The notes under the pieces are model-generated. The model was given only the letters and a program-made list of their open reading frames with translations. It made no database searches and was not told the origin of the DNA. Below, piece by piece: positions 1-8,077 of a stretch of 26,008 nt of DNA. Source of the DNA: an uncultured Thermococci archaeon. Lineage in GTDB: Archaea; Methanobacteriota_B; Thermococci; Thermococcales; Thermococcaceae. Location of the stretch: contig CAZAPD010000019.1 in NCBI GenBank assembly GCA_964487115.1, forward strand, positions 1 through 26,008, given 5' to 3'. Each line of letters starts with the position of its first letter. Positions within the stretch are counted from its first letter, which is position 1. Made by a program: the position numbers and the translations under genes.

Positions 1-46
1 CCACCGATGAGCATGACTACTAAGTCTAATTAAGAGGCCTGCAATC

Positions 47-53
47 AAAAAAA
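47..53 (-). terminator. Oligo-T (T7) archaeal terminator after the 63-3615 operon
   Basis: A7 on + (47-53) is T7 on the - strand, 10 nt after the stop codon at 63. Confidence 0.5.
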
Positions 54-62
54 TAATGTAAA

Positions 63-680
63 TTAAAGCTCTTCCAACCATTTCTCTTTCTTCTTTTTCT
101 CTCTCTCCTCGCCAGTCACTTTCTCAGCAGCTACTTCCGGCTCAAGCTCCCCCTCCTTTACGGCATGTATTGTCCTCATTATCTCTGCCAGCTCCTCGTC
201 CTCCCCGAAGTCAACACCCGCTCCGATCGTCTGGTCGGTCATGCCGAGCATCTGATTGAGGTTCTCGCTGAAGTTTCGAGCATCGAGCTGCATCTCAGCT
301 AAGTTTCTTTCAAGCTCCTCCGGAGACATGTTATTGAGCAAATTCCACGTCGGTGTGCCTTTCAGTATTGCTTCATTTTCCTTGATAATGGTGAGGTTGC
401 TTATGAGCATGAGCTGTTTGTTCAGCTGAGCGTGCGTAGCTTGGAGGTTCTTTTTACGTTGATTTAGAGTTTTTATCTTCGTCGCTATCGTCAGCTCTTC
501 GCTTTTGCTTCGGGCTTTTTTTGCCTGCTCGAAAAGCAGAGCGATTTCCCTATCTATTGCAGCGATATCCTTCTCAACCTTTTCAATTTGATACTCCAGC
601 TTTATCTGGCTCTCTTTAAGCTTGGAGAGAGGTATATCAAGCGGATTCTTCTTTCCAAAAAATCTGGAGAAAAAGCTCAT
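63..680 (-). CDS. Snf7/ESCRT-III-like helical protein, paralog 2 (205 aa)
   Basis: N-terminal amphipathic segment MSFFSRFFGKK, long helical hairpin, basic N-half and acidic C-half. Aligns by eye with the 677-1270 protein. Start overlaps the upstream stop (ATGA). Confidence 0.65.
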   Translation of the reverse strand: MSFFSRFFGKKNPLDIPLSKLKESQIKLEYQIEKVEKDIAAIDREIALLFEQAKKARSKSEELTIATKIKTLNQRKKNLQATHAQLNKQLMLISNLTIIKENEAILKGTPTWNLLNNMSPEELERNLAEMQLDARNFSENLNQMLGMTDQTIGAGVDFGEDEELAEIMRTIHAVKEGELEPEVAAEKVTGEEREKKKKEKWLEEL

Positions 681-1270
681 TCCTCTTCCTCCAGCTCTTT
701 ATCAATGGAAGCTATCTTTTCAGTTACTTCCTCAACATCGGCTTCACCAGCCTCAACCTGGCTCCACGCTCTCATGAGTTCCTTCTCGGTCTCATCCTCT
801 GCTGCCTCAAACTCCGCTATTTCCATTTCAAAGACTCTGTTGAGGCTGCTCACCATTTCATCGAACTCTTTACCATCGAGATTTACCTTTATCAGCGCTG
901 CTTCAAGATGTTCAGGTTCAACATTGGCCAATTTGTTCCAGATACCGATTTTTCTTAGCTCCTTTTCGTATTTCTTGACTATTATAAGGTTCTTAACAAG
1001 GGTGTACTGCTTTTGGGCTGTTGTGAAGTCTTTGAGCTTAAGCTTCTGCTCCATGTCAAGGCCTTTAATCTCCTGTGCCAGCATCTTCTTCTTCAGTTTG
1101 TCCGCACCAATTCCCTCCTGGAAGAGCTGCTTCTTTTTCTTCTCTATCTGGTTTATATCCTTCTTCAGCCTTTCAAGCCTGTTTTTCAGTCTTATCTCCT
1201 CCGCCTGAAGCTCTCTCAGAGAGAGCTTATCGATTGCATTCTTCCTGCTAAATCTATCTAATATGCCCAT
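677..1270 (-). CDS. Snf7/ESCRT-III-like helical protein, paralog 1 (197 aa)
   Basis: MGILDRFSRK amphipathic start, basic coiled-coil hairpin, very acidic C-terminus. RBS GGGGGTGA just upstream of ATG 1270. Confidence 0.65.
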   Translation of the reverse strand: MGILDRFSRKNAIDKLSLRELQAEEIRLKNRLERLKKDINQIEKKKKQLFQEGIGADKLKKKMLAQEIKGLDMEQKLKLKDFTTAQKQYTLVKNLIIVKKYEKELRKIGIWNKLANVEPEHLEAALIKVNLDGKEFDEMVSSLNRVFEMEIAEFEAAEDETEKELMRAWSQVEAGEADVEEVTEKIASIDKELEEEE

Positions 1271-1289
1271 AAGATCACCCCCTTCAAAC

Positions 1290-3098
1290 TTACATCTCTT
1301 TTATCAAAACAAATCCAACCCCATCAATAAACTTGGTCACGTAGCTCTTTTCTCTGGCAAGTTCGTAGAATGCTTTTTTCACAACATTTTCCGGGCCATA
1401 CTCGAGCATGTCCTCAAGTCTAACGTAACCCTTTTTGGTAATTTTCTCTGTGGTAATGTTCTTAATTCTGCTCATCAGCTCATCATCTCTCTCAAGCCGA
1501 AGGAAAGGTTCGAATGCCTTAGCATATTCATCGTTTGGATTTATGGTGAGCTCTCCAGTTTCAAGATCAAGGAGTACCAGAGAAACCTTTTCAGAGACAA
1601 AGTTCCTGTGGAAGTCTGCTGAGCTTATGTAATCCTTTACACGGTGCTCAAAGCCGGTTGGAGATGCGAGGAGAAGTATAACCCTATCAGAGTTTTCATT
1701 TCTTGCATCAATAAGGAGTGCATTTATGTCGGCAAGCTCAGCCGGATCAACATCAAATCCTATCTCTGCATACTTCTCGGGTCTGCCGTAGAAAATGGCT
1801 TTGACAAGAATTGTTTCTTTCTTTCCAAAGAGCTTCTTCTCCCTAAGAAGTGCAAGCAGAGCAGTATTCTCAGGTATGTTCTTCAGATCCCTCTCATTCA
1901 GCTTTCCTGCAAAGATTCCCGTATCAAAGGTGGCTTTTTCGGTTAGTGATTCAACCTTGAATGTCTTCCCGAGTATCTTAAGCTCACCCTTGAGCTTGCC
2001 TTTCATTCTCCCTATAAAGTTCATCTCCATTATCCTTGCCTCATCTCTCCTGACAAAGCGTGAGCCCTTCTCTATCTTTCCTCTGGCAGCTATTATCTCC
2101 CTTATCCTTTTCTCGACCTCGCTTTCCTTCTGAGATACTTCTATCTCTTTTTTCCTGAGCTCCATCTCCCTCTGCTTCAGCTCAAGCTCTCTCCTCCTTA
2201 TCTCATCTTCCATAGCTTTAATGCTGGCAAACATTTCTCTCTGCATTCTGTCAAGCTCTTCCTCAAGCATTTTCCTTGCTTCTTCATCTTTCATTTTTGA
2301 AATTTCTTCTATGAGTCTCTGACGCTCTTCTTCAAACTGTCTCCGCATCTCTTCCTTCTCCTGAATGAGTCTGGATATCTCTTCCTCTCTCGCCGTTTCA
2401 AGCTTTTTTCTAAGCTCCTCTTTTTCCCTTTCAAACCTCTCTTTAAGTTTAGAAATCTGCTTTTGATATATGTTTTCTATTGCTTCAATTTCTTCCATCT
2501 TCTGCTTCTCCCATTCAGCCATCAGTGATCTGAACCAGTCAAAACGCATAACAGCCTCACTTAATGCCCCGTTAACCTTGCTCTTATATGAATCCCACTT
2601 ATTTTTCAGAAAATATCTAAGTGCAAGCTTTATTTCCGGATCATTCAGCAAATCCTCAATCCATTTATCCACTCCAAGGTAATAGTCCCTCAGAAGGCCA
2701 AGAAGCCTTTCATCTCTGGCAATGAGCTTCTTCATGATGTCATCTTTGCTCATAATCTCGAAGACATTGTAGCGCAGAATCCGTTCAATTGCCTGGATTT
2801 CCTTATTCTGATATCTTTTTTGAGCTGGTGGATAAAGCTCACCGTTATACCAGAAGCTCCAAGCTAAAATCGCCATTGCTCCCTCAAACTTTGCCCTGAA
2901 ATGTCTGTCTAAATCAGGAAGGAAATTACCGCACTTACCATCCAAATAACGGTCATAGTTCTCTTCAACCTGTATCCAAAGCTTCTCTCTTTTATTAAAG
3001 CTTTCGATGTGTATATCCATTCCCTGTCGGATGATGCGCTCGGCTGGTCTCAAAAGTTCCTTAACACATTCAGTTTTTCCTTCTTCGAATATCCCCAT
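1290..3098 (-). CDS. Coiled-coil protein with C-terminal restriction-endonuclease-like domain and winged helix (602 aa)
   Basis: Start moved to ATG 3098 (GGTGG RBS; follows upstream stop at 3100). E/R/K-rich coiled coil at about 2080-2535. Mrr-like pattern VILLLASPTGFE...VSLVLLD. wH-like C-terminus. No Walker A motif. Confidence 0.75.
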   Translation of the reverse strand: MGIFEEGKTECVKELLRPAERIIRQGMDIHIESFNKREKLWIQVEENYDRYLDGKCGNFLPDLDRHFRAKFEGAMAILAWSFWYNGELYPPAQKRYQNKEIQAIERILRYNVFEIMSKDDIMKKLIARDERLLGLLRDYYLGVDKWIEDLLNDPEIKLALRYFLKNKWDSYKSKVNGALSEAVMRFDWFRSLMAEWEKQKMEEIEAIENIYQKQISKLKERFEREKEELRKKLETAREEEISRLIQEKEEMRRQFEEERQRLIEEISKMKDEEARKMLEEELDRMQREMFASIKAMEDEIRRRELELKQREMELRKKEIEVSQKESEVEKRIREIIAARGKIEKGSRFVRRDEARIMEMNFIGRMKGKLKGELKILGKTFKVESLTEKATFDTGIFAGKLNERDLKNIPENTALLALLREKKLFGKKETILVKAIFYGRPEKYAEIGFDVDPAELADINALLIDARNENSDRVILLLASPTGFEHRVKDYISSADFHRNFVSEKVSLVLLDLETGELTINPNDEYAKAFEPFLRLERDDELMSRIKNITTEKITKKGYVRLEDMLEYGPENVVKKAFYELAREKSYVTKFIDGVGFVLIKEM

Positions 3099-3099
3099 T

Positions 3100-3615
3100 T
3101 TAACCACCTGCAAAAAGCTTCATTTCTTCATCAATCCTTTCGGCCAGAAAATCTACAGCGTCTCCATACCCTTCAATCCTAAAAACAACCGATGAAGTTC
3201 CATCACCTTGGATAATGGTCTTGATAACTGCTCTTCCCTTTCGAGTATATACTTCATATACCTTTGCTGAGCCATCGGAATATGAGTAAGTAGCGTTCAG
3301 CTTGGAGAGTAGATATTCTACGAATTTTCCTATGACTCTTGTATCCTCAGGTATAGCATACTGGAGCATTTGTACATTAGCTTTAACCTTTTTTACTGCC
3401 TCCTCGATTTTATAAATCTCTACTTTCTCGGGTGCATTACCAGAAAGCTTTGAAAGAAGCTCCTCCAAGAATTCATTTGCCTCCTCAGTGTCTATAATGA
3501 AGACCATGCCTCGTGGTTTCTTTATTTTAGCTCGACCTGACCATTTGTCAAGAAGGTAATCAACTCGTTTTCTCTCGGCATCGCTTTCATAACTCACAAA
3601 AACCACATATTCCAT
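3100..3615 (-). CDS. Conserved hypothetical protein with Cas2/VapD-like ferredoxin-fold N-terminus (171 aa)
   Basis: YVVFVSYESDAERKRVDYLLDKW...GMVFII resembles the beta-alpha-beta start of Cas2/VapD. First gene of the operon. CDS is confident, fold call is tentative. Confidence 0.7.
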   Translation of the reverse strand: MEYVVFVSYESDAERKRVDYLLDKWSGRAKIKKPRGMVFIIDTEEANEFLEELLSKLSGNAPEKVEIYKIEEAVKKVKANVQMLQYAIPEDTRVIGKFVEYLLSKLNATYSYSDGSAKVYEVYTRKGRAVIKTIIQGDGTSSVVFRIEGYGDAVDFLAERIDEEMKLFAGG

Positions 3616-3648
3616 GTAGCATCACAATGAATATTTTTGGCAGTTTCA

Positions 3649-3665
3649 CTATATAAACTTTTCTC
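3649..3665 (-). promoter_or_regulatory. BRE/TATA promoter of the 63-3615 operon
   Basis: Minus strand reads GAGAAAAGTTTATATAG about 35 nt upstream of ATG 3615. Confidence 0.7.
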
Positions 3666-3787
3666 CAATTTGGAGGTTTTTTAATGTTGTCATACGTGGA
3701 AAAGTAGAAAAGAGAGGTAACAGAGCACTGGTTATATCCACAACTACCCTCCGTTAGGCTCTTAAACACCAAGAGCACACTAAGTCC

Positions 3788-4375
3788 ATGCAGGGCAAAC
3801 ACTATATCCATCCCTTCAAAACCGGGATGCTGGGCCTAAGCAACGCCCCTCACAATGGTGGTTTAACCATAGCTGACGGTTTCTTCTTTATGCATGTGCA
3901 TAAGAACTATAGAGGGGATTACAGGAAGGATTGCAGTGAATTTGAGAGGCAGAATGGATTGAAAAATTATGTGGGCTTCATGACTGCAGTCAATATTGAG
4001 AAAGTTCTCACCAATGTAAAGGCCGGAAACGTTGAGGCATATGTTACTGCCGGCATAACAAATCCAGCCATAGCAGGTGAGATACCTCCCCCCTGGAAGC
4101 CAGGAACGATAAACATTGTCCTCATAATATACGAAGGCCTCACCGTTGGGGCAATGGCAAACGCCATAATGACTGCAACCGAAGCAAAAACATACACTCT
4201 CATGAAGCTTGGCTACAATGCAACCGGAACGACGAGTGATGGAATAGGAGTATTTGCCTGCAGGGGCACAACTCAATGGGCAGGAACAGCTACAGAGCTC
4301 GGAATTTCAATTGGAAGAGCCGTGAGAAATGCCCTTGAGAAGAGCCTCGAAAAATGGAAGAAAATTCGTGGGTAG
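3788..4375 (+). CDS. cbiZ: Adenosylcobinamide amidohydrolase (CbiZ family)
   Basis: Motifs LSNAPHNGG, GFMTA, VTAGITNPA, PGTINI, TATEAK, ATGTTSD. Confidence 0.85.
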   Translation: MQGKHYIHPFKTGMLGLSNAPHNGGLTIADGFFFMHVHKNYRGDYRKDCSEFERQNGLKNYVGFMTAVNIEKVLTNVKAGNVEAYVTAGITNPAIAGEIPPPWKPGTINIVLIIYEGLTVGAMANAIMTATEAKTYTLMKLGYNATGTTSDGIGVFACRGTTQWAGTATELGISIGRAVRNALEKSLEKWKKIRG

Positions 4376-4933
4376 TTACTTTATCTTGAAAAGATCAGAT
4401 CGTGTTATTATTCCTATTATCTTACCCTCTCTGTTCTGAACAAGCACTGCCTGATGTTCCTCCAGCAGGTATTTAACCACTTCTATATCCTCTTCCTCCG
4501 TGACTATCGGGAAAGGTTCTTCCATAACCTCCATGACCTTTCTGTCGTAGATATCTTCATATTCAAGACTCTTTCTAACAAGCACTCTCTCCGTCACAGA
4601 GCCCACAATCTTATTGCCTGTTATCACAGGAATCTGGGAGATATTGTATTTATTCATGAGTTTTATTACAGTCTCAACAGTCTCGTAAGGCTTAACTGAT
4701 ATAACGGGAGAAGACATGAGTTGTCTCGCAATCAGTTTGGCCTTTTTGCACTCCAGCAAAGCCTGAAGAATTCGATTAAAGGTAGAAAGCCTCGGGTCAA
4801 CCCTCCCAGCTTCAAGTTTTGCAATATACGCCTGAGTAACGCCCGCTTTTCTGGCGAGTTCTTCCTGTGTTATACCGAGTTCTTTTCGAATTCGACGTAT
4901 CTCTCTTGGATCAATTGGCCTTGGAATGGGCAT
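4376..4933 (-). CDS. XRE/Cro-HTH transcriptional regulator with a CBS domain pair
   Basis: IRKELGITQEELARKAGVTQAYIAKLEAGRVDPRLST helix-turn-helix followed by two CBS repeats. Start set at ATG 4933 behind a GGTGG RBS. Confidence 0.9.
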   Translation of the reverse strand: MPIPRPIDPREIRRIRKELGITQEELARKAGVTQAYIAKLEAGRVDPRLSTFNRILQALLECKKAKLIARQLMSSPVISVKPYETVETVIKLMNKYNISQIPVITGNKIVGSVTERVLVRKSLEYEDIYDRKVMEVMEEPFPIVTEEEDIEVVKYLLEEHQAVLVQNREGKIIGIITRSDLFKIK

Positions 4934-4961
4934 AATAACCACCAGTTATTGCTATGGAAAG

Positions 4962-5123
4962 GGATGTGGGCCGGCAACAGAGGCCCGCAGTCACCATTCC
5001 TGCGGGTGGATGCACCGGCCCTGTGGGCTTGGTGTGAGCACAGCCCCATCACCCAGCCCGATATGTCTGGGGCGCGGGTTTAACCAAGCCCAGAGGAGAC
5101 TGTTGTCCCCTCACTGTCGGCAT
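4962..5123 (-). ncRNA. Two-hairpin box H/ACA pseudouridylation guide RNA (probably HgcF/Pab35-type; HgcE-type not excluded)
   Basis: Minus strand GGGCUUGG...CCAAGCCC-ACA-GGGCCGG...CCGGCCC-ACA. Each hairpin has an internal pocket and a K-turn/K-loop (CAGA/UGAUG; GAAUGGUGA). GC-rich intergenic island. TATA TTTTTAAG at 5150-5143. Confidence 0.9.
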
Positions 5124-5157
5124 TATAGGTTAAGGTGCATATCTTAAAAAGATTAGC

Positions 5158-6036
5158 TTAAGCTGTTGAGATAAGTATAACACCAACAACTGCAAGAATC
5201 AGACCTTCAAATATTTTCTTGTTAGGTGGTTCTTTAAGAACAAATATAGCCAGAAATGATGCTATTATTGGGTTTATGGCAGAGACGGGGGCGGCTATCT
5301 GTGATCCCACGAGGTTGACTGAATACACAAAAAGATACTGTCCTATGAGTAACCCGGATGCAGCCGCACCTATCAGTAGAAGCACCTCCTTTCTGGTTAT
5401 TCTTTTGAGTTCCCAGCTGTATTTAGGCAGGAAAATTGAAACACCAACAGCCGCAAACATCAGTCTGATGCCTGCGAGGGTTAATACAGGAACTCTTTGA
5501 ACCGTAAGCCAGTCCATAGTTAAAATGGCTAAACTCCATGAAAGAGGAGCAAGCAAGGCAAAAATAAATCCCCTTGGGTTTATACGTTCCTCTTCCTCAG
5601 CCTTTTTAACAACAACAATAGCAGTAACGACAAGAACGGCGCCCATGATTATTTGAAGATTTATACCCCTGTTAAGAAACAAAAATGCCCATAATATGGC
5701 CCATAACGGATACGTGGATGTTATTGGGACCGTTCTGGAGACACCCATTAGTTTCAGAGCAGTTAAGTAAAAGTAATCTCCAATAACAAAACCGAACTGA
5801 CCAGAGATAAATGCGATTACCAGCTCTTTGATTGAAAGGAGATGAAGAGAAGAGAATGTTCCATTTACAACAAATACGAGGATAAACATCAGAGAAACCA
5901 CATAAAGTCTGAAGATATTAACCGATATCGGACTCTTATTTTTCATCCCGGCTTTTATGAATATTGTTGACACTGCCCAAGAAAATGCTGATATCAAAGA
6001 TGCAGTGACACCAAGTAACATCACATTCACACTCAT
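5158..6036 (-). CDS. DMT/EamA family transporter
   Basis: About 10 hydrophobic segments in two EamA repeats (GVSRTVPITSTYPLWAILWAFLFL / GSQIAAPVSAINPIIASFLAIFVLKE). Confidence 0.9.
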   Translation of the reverse strand: MSVNVMLLGVTASLISAFSWAVSTIFIKAGMKNKSPISVNIFRLYVVSLMFILVFVVNGTFSSLHLLSIKELVIAFISGQFGFVIGDYFYLTALKLMGVSRTVPITSTYPLWAILWAFLFLNRGINLQIIMGAVLVVTAIVVVKKAEEEERINPRGFIFALLAPLSWSLAILTMDWLTVQRVPVLTLAGIRLMFAAVGVSIFLPKYSWELKRITRKEVLLLIGAAASGLLIGQYLFVYSVNLVGSQIAAPVSAINPIIASFLAIFVLKEPPNKKIFEGLILAVVGVILISTA

Positions 6037-6164
6037 GGTTTGGAAGATGTTCCTTAAGCTTAAAAACTTAGCGTTTCGATGGAAGACGAATGGATACCAT
6101 TAAGAGCATTAAAAATTATAATGTGTGCTCGGATTTTGGATTGTCAGTGGACGATTAAGGCATT

Positions 6165-7079
6165 TCAAAGGAACAACGCCAGAGGAAGAGTGTACAACCA
6201 CTCTCCATCAACCCATACATCAAGAGACTTCCCGGGTCTGTAGCCTTCTTTGGCAAAATGCAGTATATATGCGTATCCATTCAGAATTGAGAATACTAAT
6301 ACTGGGATGTACCTATTAAAGTATCCAAAATAATACGTCAGAAAGAGCCATAGAATAAACGTTGAATTCAATGCAATTAAGAGAACCTTACTCTTTTTAA
6401 ATCCGAGTTTTACAGGTATGGTTTTTATACCGTTAGCGCTATCGCCCTCTATATCTCTGAGGTCAAAAAGGATTGTATTTATCATGCTCTTCATGAAAAA
6501 GAAGTAGTAAATTAAAGCAACTTTTGATAGAGACACCCCTCCCACAACTAAATAAGGAAGGAAGGTCGTACCGTTCGCCCACGTAGTTGCAATTATCAAG
6601 TTTTTAACCCCTGTAATATCTTTGAGTCTTGGATATTTTGGGGATATACGGATGCTGTATAATGCTCCAGAAACTATGGGAAAGAGAACAACCAAAATTG
6701 CCCATAGACTGGTTAAGGCACTCAATACTATAGCCAAAATTAAAGAGAGTATTATAGCATATTTGAGAGCTTTGGCTATTCTTTTTATATACCCAACCCG
6801 TTCGGGATTGTTAATTTCATCTTCACCCAAATCTGTTAGTTTATTAAGACCATAAACACTGAAAACGAGGAAGAATGTTGTCAGGAGGAGATTCCACTGA
6901 GGCTCAATTCCATAAAGTACAAACGACAGATACAGCTTAAAAACTCCACTGAAAGCTAAAAACAAGGATGTGGATATCATGAATGCCAAAAACCCTTCGA
7001 CTAACCTAAACCCTGTTCCAAAGGCTATAAACAAACCATTATTCTTCAGATATTTAACATGATTATGAGAGGCTGCCAT
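6165..7079 (-). CDS. UbiA-family prenyltransferase
   Basis: Asp-rich motifs NKLTDLGEDEINNPER and FDLRDIEGD...GIKTIP, multiple TM helices. Start uncertain (7079, 7085 or 7088). Confidence 0.85.
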   Translation of the reverse strand: MAASHNHVKYLKNNGLFIAFGTGFRLVEGFLAFMISTSLFLAFSGVFKLYLSFVLYGIEPQWNLLLTTFFLVFSVYGLNKLTDLGEDEINNPERVGYIKRIAKALKYAIILSLILAIVLSALTSLWAILVVLFPIVSGALYSIRISPKYPRLKDITGVKNLIIATTWANGTTFLPYLVVGGVSLSKVALIYYFFFMKSMINTILFDLRDIEGDSANGIKTIPVKLGFKKSKVLLIALNSTFILWLFLTYYFGYFNRYIPVLVFSILNGYAYILHFAKEGYRPGKSLDVWVDGEWLYTLPLALFL

Positions 7080-7137
7080 AACCATCACATTCTTAACTTA
7101 ATTTTAATTTAAACACCTTATTACCAAGCCTTGGAGG

Positions 7138-7932
7138 TTATATGACTCTTTCAGCTCTCTCTTTGTAATATTCAAAGAGATCAATTCCCCATTTTTTGGC
7201 TTTCTCAGTTTTGCTTATCAAGTCACTCATCATGTCGTATGTGCCATCCGGAAGGAAAAGACCAAGGGACAGAAAGTTATTAGTGACTGTGAACGCTACC
7301 TTTGGATTTTCTTCCACAACATATAATTTAACGTTGGGAATATTTTTAACTTTTTCAACCGCTTCCGGTGGGGAGAGTTTTATGAGTCTCTCATATACCG
7401 ACTTGGTAGTTATGATCTCAATATCAACTTCCTTTCCAAATGCCAGTCCAAGAAATTCCTGCGGATAGTCTGAAAATAATATAGGAGAAACCCCCTTGAT
7501 CCACTTAGAAGTCTTTATGAGTTCAATATAAATCTCATGGGGTAGCTTCAGATGTTCAGGGGTAGTTACATGGAGCTCCGAGTCCTTTAAATCCCCGATA
7601 CGGATTAATAACTCCTCAGGAATTCCACTTAAATCATGAGAAAGCCAGAAATCCTCAAATCTTTTTATGCTCTCCAGTGAGCTGGTAACATGTTTTATCT
7701 GGAGGTATATCAACCAACCCACATTCGTGAGCTTGTACTTTTTGGTCTCAGAATCCTGTGTTATTAGTTTCTCATCTTCTAAGTCACTCAGTGCATGGGA
7801 AATTGTCGATTTGGTTGATCCAACCTGCATCTGTATTTCACCAAGACTCTTAGCTCCCTCTGAAAGAGCCAGCAATACTCTATAGCGCACGTTTGATGTT
7901 ACAATCATTTTAAGCACATTTTCGGAATTCAT
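7138..7932 (-). CDS. Winged-helix transcriptional regulator (ArsR-like HTH plus DUF1724/FilR1-like C-domain)
   Basis: Start moved to ATG 7932 (GGAGG RBS). RYRVLLALSEG-KSLGEI-STISHALSDLE HTH; FWLSHDLSGIP..LL.RIG.L and LSLGLF..DG.YD motifs of this archaeal family. Confidence 0.85.
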   Translation of the reverse strand: MNSENVLKMIVTSNVRYRVLLALSEGAKSLGEIQMQVGSTKSTISHALSDLEDEKLITQDSETKKYKLTNVGWLIYLQIKHVTSSLESIKRFEDFWLSHDLSGIPEELLIRIGDLKDSELHVTTPEHLKLPHEIYIELIKTSKWIKGVSPILFSDYPQEFLGLAFGKEVDIEIITTKSVYERLIKLSPPEAVEKVKNIPNVKLYVVEENPKVAFTVTNNFLSLGLFLPDGTYDMMSDLISKTEKAKKWGIDLFEYYKERAERVI

Positions 7933-8029
7933 GCTCTCTCCTCCCTTCTGTTTTATGTTATCCCCCCTAATAAACTTTTTCTTCATAAACAATTTTTGTT
8001 CCCACAAGACAATTTTGTCTTTGTAGAGC

Positions 8030-8043
8030 AAAAAGGTTATATA
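8030..8043 (+). promoter_or_regulatory. BRE/TATA promoter of the KaiC-like gene
   Basis: AAAAAGGTTATATA about 35 nt upstream of ATG 8078. Confidence 0.65.
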
Positions 8044-8077
8044 CCCTAAATGCAGAAAGTCTATTGTGTGGTTTAAC

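Noticed and set aside
1..45. GATGA...CTAA box-like motifs or a gene start at the window edge
   Set aside because: Truncated and degenerate; cannot be supported.
588..1208. 206-aa + strand ORF
   Set aside because: Ser/Phe/Leu-rich antisense shadow of the E/K-rich Snf7-like genes; no RBS or motifs.
1290..3098. SMC/Rad50 or Vps4 ATPase call
   Set aside because: No Walker A/B or ABC signature; the similarity is generic coiled coil only.
3100..3787. CRISPR-Cas locus suggested by the Cas2-like pattern
   Set aside because: No repeat-spacer array and no cas1 or other cas genes anywhere in the window.
4721..5147. Short ORFs over the GC-rich intergenic region
   Set aside because: Explained by the structured H/ACA RNA.
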